DNA of 63,750 nt, the filler included, from Aduncisulcus paluster (lineage: Eukaryota): NCBI GenBank assembly GCA_024181965.1. It is 26 parts of 26 records of this genome, joined end to end, with 100 filler letters (N's around TTAATTAATTAA, not from the genome) between each part and the next. Parts side by side here need not be neighbours in the genome. Positions count along the whole stretch, not along the records: positions 1 to 1,963 come from BQXS01009780.1; positions 2,064 to 3,669 come from BQXS01009782.1; positions 3,770 to 6,138 come from BQXS01009783.1; positions 6,239 to 7,603 come from BQXS01009784.1; positions 7,704 to 10,695 come from BQXS01009785.1; positions 10,796 to 13,290 come from BQXS01009786.1; 20 more parts are not named here. The stretch is one strand, 5' to 3'. Both the position numbers and the translations under genes were made by a program. Numbering within the stretch: the stretch's first letter is position 1; each line of letters starts with the position of its first letter. Positions 1 to 10,797 of this stretch are shown here, one piece after another. The notes below the pieces were generated by a model. It searched no databases, was not told the origin of the DNA, and saw only the letters and a list, made by a program, of their open reading frames with translations.

Positions 1-29
1 GCGACAATATCATGATATATTGGGAGTAT

Positions 30-1963
30 TCACTCAATAACCTTCAAGAACATTGTTTTGATTTCATCAATAACTCCAAACATCTCTGCACAATGGGGAA
101 GGAATGGTTTCCTCTCTTCGACATGTTGAATAGCATGAGACAAGGATACACGTGCACTGTTCTCCATGTGCATCAGTTCATGGTGCAACTTATCACACAC
201 GAGGACACACACAGTCTCACGAGTGTCAACTTGAACAAGGGCAACATGACTGGACAGGATCAGAGGTTTCGAAAGAATGCCGTTGGGGATGGCTTTACCA
301 GAATCTTTAATCCCACCAACATCCACAATGGTATTATCAATCCCCCAGATAGAAGAAAAAGAAACAGAATCAAAGTAAGTTTGACGTGGATTATGTGGTT
401 GTGTATTCCAGATATACTCGGATAATGGGAATAATCTCTCAGACTTTGGAGCAGTGAAGTCAGTAAAACAACTGATTGATGTAGAACTACCAAATCCGTA
501 AGATACATTTGTTCTTTCTCCACACAACTCCTTGCTATCATACAACACAGCATCACACACACCATTGGAATACATTGATGGGGCATCTGGTAAAATGATC
601 CATTCGTATTCTTCACCAAATGCTTCCACATGTGGGAGACACGTGGTCAAGGCAGGGATGGAAGAAATGAGAGTGTTCACTTTCATGCAAATATCATTCA
701 CTTCACACATCAGAGCGGATAGCTCACTTGATGTCCTGGACGAACCTGAAAGGGAACAAGCTTTACGCATCATGTAGTTGTATAATAGTGAGGCCATCTT
801 AAGCATCTCACCTTTCAGAGCATGTTTGTGGAGAAGTGGACTATCGAAGTTCCATTGCCCATGAGTGATACAACGGGGGAGGTTGAACAGTGTCGTTGGG
901 ATAAGTGGTGTGGATTCAACATTCCCATCAGAAAGATCAGTCTCGAATAACGCAGCATATTGAACGTTGAACAAACGATAACATCCAATGAATGGGATAT
1001 TTGCATACACATCCGCATACCACTCTCCATTCTTCGCTTTCATGCACAGTCCAGAAATATTTCCATCACTCAGCATACCATACACACTGTAAGGCCACAA
1101 TGGCATGAATGATTGTCTTGGCGGACATAGCTTGGTGTAGATGGAACTCAGTTGAGCACATGCAGCACTGTATGACACGGATCCACATGAAGCACGCCAG
1201 TCAACCAAGGCTGCATGAAGTTTTCGTAGAACGGCAAGAGGCATCTGATCAAAGGAAGTCTTCTCAAACGAACCAATGTACATGGACCCACTGTTCACGA
1301 AGAAAGAACAACTATACTTCTCAGAAGGGAAAGAGGACATGTCCACAACATCCTTCATGAAGGGATGGAAGTTGGTAGGGGAGTCAACTATCTGACGACC
1401 AAAAGGAACTGGACCTGTCGCTGAAAACTTCCCATCGACTTTGAATGTGCCTATTGTTGCCTCCTCAGAGAAAGGGAATGAATATTTGCTCCATTGGATA
1501 ACAGACATATCAACCATATCTTGAATATCGGGCAGAACTTCAACAGGACATTCCTTTTCAGAATAAAGAATCTCAGATCCAAAGGGTTTATGGCCATAGG
1601 CATCAAAACTCAAAGCTTTCACACATGATGGTTTCTTCAAAGAGCTAGAAGCCTCAATTCGAGTGATAAGAGCTTTTCCATACACACTTGCGGGCTTTGA
1701 CTCTACTGCAGGAGCAGTAGGGAGTGCACCACTTCCAGTTTGTCCAAACCCACCAAACCCACCACTGGGCTGTCCGAATCCCCCACTGGGCTGTCCGAAT
1801 CCACCGAATCCCCCACTTGGTTGTCCGAATCCACCGAATCCCCCACTGGGTTGACCAAAGGAGAAACCAGATGTTTGGACAGGATTCTTTGTTGACATGA
1901 CCTTTGAATACAAATCCGAAATAACTCCCATTGGTTTGCTCAGATCTTCTCCAGGACTGGACT
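30..1963 (-). CDS. Eukaryotic hypothetical protein with an N-terminal GGFGQPS (FG-like) repeat tract; 5' partial
   Basis: 633-aa ORF. The frame stays open upstream of ATG 1931 to the contig edge (SSPGEDLSKP). No recognisable catalytic motif. Confidence 0.7.
1740..1870 (-). repeat. Coding tandem repeat (GGFGQPSGGF)n with 21/30-nt units
   Basis: Repeated ccgaatccaccgaatcccccactgggctgt-like units on the + strand. Confidence 0.9.
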
Positions 1964-2063
1964 NNNNNNNNNNNNNNNNNNNNNNNNNNNNNNNNNNNNN
2001 NNNNNNNTTAATTAATTAANNNNNNNNNNNNNNNNNNNNNNNNNNNNNNNNNNNNNNNNNNNN
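1964..2063. other. Artificial contig-concatenation linker N44-TTAATTAATTAA-N44 (first of 25)
   Basis: The same 100-nt spacer, with stops in all six frames, recurs between all contigs. GC content and apparent taxon change abruptly across it. Confidence 0.99.
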
Positions 2064-2912
2064 AAAGCTGTGAATACCAGATATGAACGTTACTTCAAAT
2101 GTACCAACAGTATCTTTTCTGAGGAACTCCCCGGAGAGAATCAGGAACAGTATGCGACTGGTGCTGCTCGAAGTGGCGACAATGTTTACAACTCTGTTTT
2201 GACCTTTGGTCCGCGCAGGCGGAAGACCTTAACCAATTCTGATTGGTCTTATATGATCAACTTGCGTTACGGCTTGTTAAAAGAACCAAACAGTAAGGGT
2301 AACTGCCCTCTTTGTAAGGCTAGGAACCCGAGGTTAGGTCACCACTGTGTCTGCAAAGCGAATTCATCTGCGAAAATGAAACGTCATGCACACATCCAGA
2401 AGGCGACTGCTAAGGTTTTCGACTACTCTGGCATGGTCTCGGTATATGAGGACGTCACCTATTCCCATATTAATACTAATGGTAGACGCACTCATATCCC
2501 TGACTTCCGAGTTGAGGATCCCATGGGCACTCGCACGGGAGCAATTGTGGATATTGTTGTGACTGATTTATGGCGGACTGGTGAGCCTACCATGACAGGG
2601 GAGAACTCCTTTGTCTATGGTGCTGATGCTCAAAAGTGGGCTGCAAGGAAAAGAAGAGAATATGCAGGCGTTGACAAGAGCTTGCCATTGATTGCTTTGG
2701 CTATTGAGACCTCTGGACTCATAGATACTGAAGCGTATTCTGAAATGAAACGTCGTTTGACCCCCAGACTTGTAAAGAGGTGGAAGTTTGAGGTTGGCCT
2801 TGCCTTAATCAAATGGTGTAATATTGCCTTTTCTTGTGCTCATTCTACTCACTTTCAGGCTCTTAGACGCCTGAATCCTGAGTTAACTGATTTGATTGAT
2901 TACGATAAGTGA
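2064..2912 (+). CDS. C-terminal part of an RLE-type non-LTR retrotransposon ORF (zinc knuckle + restriction-like endonuclease); 5' partial
   Basis: LRYG...CPLC-x7-HHCVC knuckle, then RH, E, then IPDF...VDIVV (PD..D core), then RKRREY and LAIETSG. This is the motif order of CRE/NeSL/HERO/R2-type elements. The frame is open to the contig edge. Confidence 0.85.
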   Translation, partial: KAVNTRYERYFKCTNSIFSEELPGENQEQYATGAARSGDNVYNSVLTFGPRRRKTLTNSDWSYMINLRYGLLKEPNSKGNCPLCKARNPRLGHHCVCKANSSAKMKRHAHIQKATAKVFDYSGMVSVYEDVTYSHINTNGRRTHIPDFRVEDPMGTRTGAIVDIVVTDLWRTGEPTMTGENSFVYGADAQKWAARKRREYAGVDKSLPLIALAIETSGLIDTEAYSEMKRRLTPRLVKRWKFEVGLALIKWCNIAFSCAHSTHFQALRRLNPELTDLIDYDK

Positions 2913-3319
2913 TCTTAAAACCTTGAGGGTGGTGATATTGGCTAGGCGTTTGGGGGAGCTGTAGTACTGGTGTATGCTATTTTCTCCTTTTGCTACCTGT
3001 TGGTGTTGTTCTTTGTCTTACGTTAGAGCTGATCATTAATCTTGTTGTGATAGATGTGTTCGACACGATTCCTTTTGTATCCATGCATGTATGTGCGATA
3101 GTCCCCTGACTTTTAGTCTTTTGACTGATTGTCTTGTACTTTGTCATGTACTTATGTTTGGAGTCTTGGCTTCTGACTGGTACCAATTTCCTTTTAAATT
3201 TGCCGAACTAATATTGCCATGCCCTCTGTAGGTTACTTCTATTTAAATGTACTGATTTCTATTTTTTATTATGATGCAATCTGTGATTGTCGTTTCCACG
3301 AGTGTGATGGAATAAATTA
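2064..3319 (+). mobile_element. 3' end of an RLE non-LTR retrotransposon (ORF + ~400-nt 3' UTR ending AATAAATTA)
   Basis: The ORF is followed by T-rich non-coding sequence ending in AATAAA immediately before a half-tRNA. The right boundary is inferred from the tRNA junction. Confidence 0.65.
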
Positions 3320-3364
3320 TGACTACGGATCAGGAGGTTGCAGGTTCAAGTCCTGCTGTGTCCG
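3320..3364 (+). pseudogene. 3' half of tRNA-Arg(ACG); 5' acceptor strand and D-arm missing
   Basis: TGA-CTACGGA-TCA anticodon arm (ACG at 3325-3327), T-arm GCAGG-TTCAAGT-CCTGC, acceptor 3' strand TGTGTCC+G. No GGACACA or D-arm directly upstream. Confidence 0.85.
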
Positions 3365-3769
3365 AATTTATCCGTTATTACAAGGTTTTATCACTCTTTA
3401 AACGTATTTCTAAGCTTTCCCTAAGGTTTTAGTCAAAGCGTTTGCGAATAGCTTCAACCGTTCGGTAGATAAACATAAAACATCAGGTTTTTACAGCTCC
3501 CCAAGCTTTTACCAAAGTTTTATTACCCTATTACTATAAATCATTGCTGCTTCTGCAGATAACTTTTCTACTTCTGAATATTCTCTTTTTTACATTTCTA
3601 TCTCCTTTTTCTTACTTCCATCTAATTTTTTACTAATGAATTCATCTTTTTCCGCTCAAGTGTTAAGCGNNNNNNNNNNNNNNNNNNNNNNNNNNNNNNN
3701 NNNNNNNNNNNNNTTAATTAATTAANNNNNNNNNNNNNNNNNNNNNNNNNNNNNNNNNNNNNNNNNNNN

Positions 3770-5225
3770 AGGTCAGAGATGGAGTTGTCACTCAGAGTCA
3801 GATGAGTCACACCGGAGAGACCAGGCTGGAGTGAAACGATGGAAGGGTCAGAGATATCATTGGAGGACAGATCAAGATGGGTCAGAGTGGATGACAATGG
3901 ATATACTTTCGTTCCATCATCATCACTGCTGACACACTGACCACTGCACATGGCAATGTTGTTCAGCAAAGAAGTGAATGATGACAGATCGGAACCAATG
4001 GAATCATCACTCCCACTGATCTCCAAGGAACGCAACGAGCACAGACCAACACAGTACGATTCAGAGATTCCATTCCAGCGTGAAGTGTCAGACTCAAGAT
4101 CCATCTTCAGAGCACCGACAGCATCCGTCAATGTGCTCAGAAGTGATACATCCATGTTTTCAAGTGAATCAAGCTCAAGCACATACAACGAGGATAAGGA
4201 AGCAATGGGAGATAGATCAGAGATGAGAGTGTTCCCGGATTCAAACGAAAGGATCCTAAGGTGTTCGGCATATTCAAGCCCTGAGAGGGAAGACACAGTG
4301 GCTGGGATGGTGAGAGATGTGATGGTGGAGAGATCATCCACAGTCAGTGAGGAGAGAATGTTTTCGTCAGAAGAAGAAGAGAAACATAACGATTGAACAT
4401 CTGCATCACCATATTCATCAGCATCATACATGGACTCACAGATAGCTTCAACGAGGGCAACATCCATCCCAAGGGAAGACAGCAATGTCACTCCACTCTC
4501 AATCTCACACAGGTCACCAGTCATGAGAGGTGACGATGAAGATGAATAAGAGCAGGTGCATGTGTGTGTTTCAGAGTTACAAGGATTATTATTGGTTCCA
4601 TCATCATCATTCCCACATTCATACCCATACTCATCAACAGGACATTTGGACAGACAATCATCGCCATACCATCCTTCAGAACAGATAATAGATATGTCAT
4701 TTGTAGACATAGTAGATGCATCAGATCCTATTCCAATGCACTTCTTGTTGGTTCCTGAGAGACTAAGACCAGAGCACATGGCATACAAGGATGCAGTTCT
4801 ATCGTCATCATCATCATCATCATCATCACCATCAATGAGCACACACGATAATGAGGAGGAACTCACATCGGTGTAACACGATGAACAACATGTTGCAGAA
4901 TACTCGCCAGGCCAGATCTCAGAGCAGACGATATTAGATGAGAGTGAGATGGAAGATGATGTAGAATCATCAATACACAAACATTCATTGTTATCGAAGA
5001 TAGAATACCCATCTTTTGTGAACGGTGATAATGGCGATGTGAAGACAGACACGAAAGCATTCACTTCCTCTTCATCATCCATGCCACAGACATTGTTGAC
5101 ACGCAGATCAAGTGTGGTGAGAGTGGATGAGAGCAAGAACAATGGAGATGGATCAGAGATGTTGTTATCACTGGCATCCAGATACTCTAACATCGGGAAC
5201 AGGATCGTGAAAGAGGAAGAGTTAG

Positions 5226-5260
<35 letters not shown>

Positions 5261-6138
5261 ACTTCATAGAGCCACAACAAATCATCCACTCCATGCCACT
5301 CACATCAAGCTCTGTCAAACACGATCCGAAAATGGATGCAACATCAGAGAGTGAGAGAGTTGGGGTGTCGTCACTTCCACCAATACCAACAATGCCTCCA
5401 ATGCCAATGGAAGTGAGTGTGTCAGACAAAGATGATATCTGACTCAAATCTGTTACAGCTGTATCAGAGATGTTCAGGGCAGTCAGATGGTTAAATTCAC
5501 TCAAGGAGTCAAGAACAGAGATGTCACTCAACAAAGTGTTTCCACTCAGATCAATGCATGCAATGTTCGTGAGATATTCGAGTCCACTTAGATCGGTGAT
5601 GTTACAATTCGACAGATCAAGACATGACATTTCTCCATCCTCTTCACCCGACACAATCCCTGCAAGATCACTCTCAGTCAGATCGTCACATGTGGAGGCA
5701 TGCCCATCAACAAGTGAACACAGAGCAGAGAGAAGGTTGGCATCAGGGATTGTGACATATTGACACGCATCACCATGGAAGCCAGATACAACAGAGCAAT
5801 CACAAGTATGTGTTGAATCGTCACATGTTCCATACTCATAGCCTCCACATTCCTCAGTGCCTTGGAATGGGCATTCATCCTGACACTCATCGCCATACCA
5901 CCCTTCAACACATCCACTCACGATAGAAACGGTTCCATCGGATCCATCATTGTATATAGCCACACACTGAGTGTTGGGATTGGACTCGATGCCAGACAAA
6001 CATGTTAAGGAAGAAATGTCAACATCAGATCCAAAGTTCACACATGCTAATGATTCGTCAGAGTCAGAATTGGAGTAATCACGATAGCTGAAGATGGCAC
6101 AATCTGCACGAAACTCGCCACTCCACACCTCTTTGCAC
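3770..6138 (-). CDS. EGF-like/cysteine-rich + internalin-type LRR protein; partial at both ends, frameshifted near 5290
   Basis: ORFs 5187-6128 and 3718-5289 carry C..GWYGD.C EGF motifs, an IPDANL LRR cap and LxxLDLSxNxIxD repeats. Adding one G at ~5292 gives the continuous reading LDVSGMGVDDLLWL. Confidence 0.85.
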
Positions 6139-6238
6139 NNNNNNNNNNNNNNNNNNNNNNNNNNNNNNNNNNNNNNNNNNNNTTAATTAATTAANNNNNN
6201 NNNNNNNNNNNNNNNNNNNNNNNNNNNNNNNNNNNNNN

Positions 6239-6826
6239 ATTGGGATGATTCAGCGAACAGGCAAGCAAGAGATCATCAAGGAGATACTCAGGGAGTTCAA
6301 CATCATCATCAGACTTTTTGACTTCACGACCACCCACACTCTTACGATTCTTCTTTATCCTCCTTCTCCCACCAAGGATGGCCACTTTCCTTCGTTTCTC
6401 ATCATTCGCCTTACCTTCCTCATCCAAGGGTCCATATTTTGGATATTTGGAGTAAGTGTCATTAATCACACCTGTTACCATCTCATGGATTTCATCAGGA
6501 ATGAGCTTATTGAGGAATATGGTCGACACAAGAGAACGGATGGGGTTCAGAAACACGGAAGGAGGGAAAGAAGAGATCAAGGGTTTGTTAAGAGCCTTGA
6601 CTGCATTGAGAGAAGCGCACAAATTCTTTGCAACACGGATACGAATGTAGTCAAGCCATCTCTTTGGAATGTGATTCGGATCGATGGAAAAACGACAACC
6701 AGAAGTGTCATATTCAAAATAAGATTTGCCATGAGGAATCTTATTCTTTGGAGATACTCTCTGTCTGATGCATAGTTGTACTATTGATTGTAATGATGAG
6801 GTAGGGATAAAGTTGATACCTGTCAC
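6239..6826 (-). CDS. Hypothetical protein, 3' partial (probably eukaryotic)
   Basis: ~195-codon ORF with a basic NLS-like stretch (KRRK..RRRIKKNRK). Start uncertain. Confidence 0.45.
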
Positions 6827-7074
6827 AATTATCTGTGATAAAGTAGATAAAATAAAAACATTATGATAACACTGAAAATGACTAAAAAATGAAATTTACT
6901 TAAATTATAGAAATCTATCTTTCTCATACAAAGATATAATTACTACATGATCAAATGGGAAAATAGTCATATTAAAAAACAATAAAATAAAGCGAAAAAG
7001 ACAAATCAAGCTCGTATAAAATGAAATTATATATATTATTTAAACATTGAAAGATTGTTAACTCCACGTCACAT

Positions 7075-7603
7075 TTGCTTATGCAACGGGTAAGAAGACC
7101 TCTTGAAGATCGAGATTTATTGGAATATATTGCCGATGTGGCTGAAAGGAGCTTGAAGAAGCAGACCGAAAAAGGGATTGGAAAAGTGGCCAAGTCAATT
7201 GAATTGGCTTTATTCTGGAGGAAACACGAGGGTAATACCTGTATAAAAGGGGTGATAGATGACATTGGACGTGAAGGAGGAAGATCTATTTCAATTACTG
7301 CGGTAAAAGAAAAATTAGTTGAGATATACAAACTAAAGCTGATTGAGGAGGGTGTTGTGACAGCCGAAGAATCAGCAATCAGCATTGTAAAATTCTTAAC
7401 ATATAACATCAAGAGAATGTTACGGGAGCATTCTGAGACTGCAAACCCACGGGTAAATAGTTCTCAAATCAGAGATGATGATGAGTTTGCATTTATTCCG
7501 AGATCGCAAGCCATTTCAACCTCAATCAGCATAGATGATCCTGCCGATGATCTTGTTGATGATCTTGTTGATGATCTTGTTGGTGATCATGATGATCACA
7601 CAG
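7075..7603 (+). CDS. Hypothetical protein, 3' partial, with DDLV repeats
   Basis: ~176-codon ORF diverging from the previous one across an AT-rich spacer. Start uncertain (ATG 7081 is possible). Confidence 0.45.
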
Positions 7604-7703
7604 NNNNNNNNNNNNNNNNNNNNNNNNNNNNNNNNNNNNNNNNNNNNTTAATTAATTAANNNNNNNNNNNNNNNNNNNNNNNNNNNNNNNNNNNNNNNNN
7701 NNN

Positions 7704-10270
7704 CACCAAATTTTCCAATGGGCTCACATCAGATATTTGATTGTTGTACAAAATCAAATAGGTTAGATTCACCATTCCAGATAAATCGGAAATGTCAGAT
7801 ATCTGATTTGAATATAGGTATAGAATATTCATATCATTCATTCCAGAGAGGGCAGAGATATCTGAGATATTGTTGTTGTAGAGATACAAATACTGTAAAC
7901 TTATCATGTTTATCAAAGAATCAATTGAAGCAATTTCATTATATGCAAGATGCAAATATGTTAGCTTTGTTAGAGAATTCAAATAGGAGATATCTGATAT
8001 ATTGTTCACCTGGAGTTCTAATCTCACCAATTCTTCCATTCCAGATAGAGCAGAGATATCCGAGATATTATTGTAATAGAGATACAACTCTGTCAATTGG
8101 AGCATATTTGAGAGAGATGAAATCGATGATATTTGGTTATGTCCAAGATGAAGATATGTGAGATTAGTGATGTTGACAAGAGGTGAAACATCTGAGATAC
8201 TGTTTGAATAAAGATATAGAGTCGTTAAGTTTATCATTCCTGATAGAGCAGAGATATCCGAAATATTATTGTCATAGAGATACAGAGATACTAAATCATC
8301 CATGTTTGACAAAGAATCAATGGAAGTAATCTGATTAGATCCAAGTTCCAAGGTTGTCAATTTCACCAAATTTTCCAATGGGCTCACATCAGATATTTGA
8401 TTGTTGTACAAAATCAAATAGGTTAGATTCACCATTCCAGATAAATCGGAAATGTCAGATATCTGATTTGAATATAGGTATAGAATATTCATATCATTCA
8501 TTCCAGAGAGGGCAGAGATATCTGAGATATTGTTGTTGTAGAGATACAAATACTGTAAACTTATCATGTTTATCAAAGAATCAATTGAAGCAATTTCATT
8601 ATATGCAAGATGCAAATATGTTAGCTTTGTTAGAGAATTCAAATAGGAGATATCTGATATATTGTTCACCTGGAGTTCTAATCTCACCAATTCTTCCATT
8701 CCAGATAGAGCAGAGATATCCGAGATATTATTGTAATAGAGATACAACTCTGTCAATTGGAGCATATTTGAGAGAGATGAAATCGATGATATTTGGTTAT
8801 GTCCAAGATGAAGATATGTGAGATTAGTGATGTTGATAAGAGGTGAAACATCTGAGATACTGTTTGAATAAAGATATAGAGTCGTTAAGTTTATCATTCC
8901 TGATAGAGCAGAGATATCCGAGATATTGTTGTTGTAGAGATACAAATACTGTAAACTTATCATGTTTATCAAAGAATCAATTGAAGCAATTTCATTATAT
9001 GCAAGATGCAAATATGTTAGCTTTGTTAGAGAATTCAAATAGGAGATATCTGATATATTGTTCACCTGGAGTTCTAATCTCACCAATTCTTCCATTCCAG
9101 ATAGAGCAGAGATATCCGAGATATTATTGTAATAGAGATACAACTCTGTCAATTGGAGCATATTTGAGAGAGATGAAATCGATGATATTTGGTTATGTCC
9201 AAGATGAAGATATGTGAGATTAGTGATGTTGACAAGAGGTGAAACATCTGAGATACTGTTTGAATATAGATGTAGAGTTGTTAGGTTTATCATTCCAGAT
9301 AGAGCAGATATTGAGGATATATTATTGACGGCAAGATGCAAATATGTCAATTCCACCAAACTTTCCAATGGACTCACATCAGATATTTGATTGTTGTAGA
9401 GATACAAATACTGTAAACTTATCATGTTTATCAAAGAATCAATTGAAGCAATTTCATTATATGCAAGATGCAAATATGTTAGCTTTGTTAGAGAATTCAA
9501 ATAGGAGATATCTGATATATTGTTCACCTGGAGTTCTAATCTCACCAATTCTTCCATTCCAGATAGAGCAGAGATATCCGAGATATTATTGTAATAGAGA
9601 TACAACTCTGTCAATTGGAGCATATTTGAGAGAGATGAAATCGATGATATTTGGTTATGTCCAAGATGAAGATATGTGAGATTAGTGATGTTGACAAGAG
9701 GTGAAACATCTGAGATACTGTTTGAATATAGATGTAGAGTTGTTAGGTTTATCATTCCAGATAGAGCAGATATTGAGGATATATTATTGACGGCAAGATG
9801 CAAATATGTCAATTCCACCAAACTTTCCAATGGACTCACATCAGATATTTGATTGTTGTACAAATGCAAATACGTCAGATTCACCATTCCGGATAGAGCA
9901 GAGATATCCGAGATGTTATTGTCATAGATACACAGATATACTAAATCATCCATGTTTGACAAAGAATCAATGGAAGTAATCTGATTAGATCCAAGTTCCA
10001 AGGTTGTCAGATTCACCAAATTTTCCAATGGACTCACATCAGATATTTGATTGTTGTACAAATGCAAATACGTTAGATTCACCATTCCAGATAGAGCAGA
10101 GATTGAGGATATATTATTGATGCCAAGGTGTAAAAATGTCAATTCCACCAAATTTTCTAATGGGCTCACATCAGATATTTGATTGTTGTACAGATGCAAA
10201 TATGTTAGATTCACCATTCCAGATAGAGCAGAGATATCTGAGATAATATTGTCTCGCAAGGTCAACTCAA
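7704..10270 (-). repeat. Higher-order 66-bp-unit repeat; a near-identical multi-unit block occurs four times at spacings 660, 396 and 462 bp
   Basis: The marker agcatatttgagagagatgaaatcg starts at 8101, 8761, 9157 and 9619. Confidence 0.92.
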
Positions 10271-10695
10271 CAAGCTGCTCCTCAACACCACTCAAAGAAC
10301 CAAGAACACTATGAGAGTCTGTCAATCCAGTGTTTCTCAGATCAAGCTTTGTTAACATTGTGAATGCGGATAAAGACACATCCTCAGATAATACAATGTT
10401 CTGCAGATACAACGTGGATAAGGATGACGTTGGAAGATACCCAATCTCTGTCGAGCCAATCTCAAGGTCAGATGTGGATGTGCCATCGATGGTGAGTGAT
10501 GCAAGTTCTGTAGCACAAGACAATCCTTCGAAGGTGTCGACAGAGGATGCACTGAGGGAAGTCAACGACAGCATGTCAATATTGGTTATGACTGGACAAT
10601 TAGCAGGAAGCCCAATAGAACTAACGAGAGCAGAACACACAGCAACTCGAAGGTTTACATCGGGGATAGAAACATCATGGAACTCACAGTTAGTA
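7704..10695 (-). CDS. Internalin-like LRR protein (~39 x 22-aa repeats); partial at both ends
   Basis: LxxLxLxxNxIsDisxLxxm/l 22-aa units after a CEFHDVSIPDVNLRVAVC cap. Same family as the 3770-6138 gene. Confidence 0.95.
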
Positions 10696-10797
10696 NNNNN
10701 NNNNNNNNNNNNNNNNNNNNNNNNNNNNNNNNNNNNNNNTTAATTAATTAANNNNNNNNNNNNNNNNNNNNNNNNNNNNNNNNNNNNNNNNNNNNCC

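Noticed and set aside
7718-9679. Four repeated + strand ORFs as a tandem gene family
   Set aside because: They are antisense shadows of the repeated LRR blocks.
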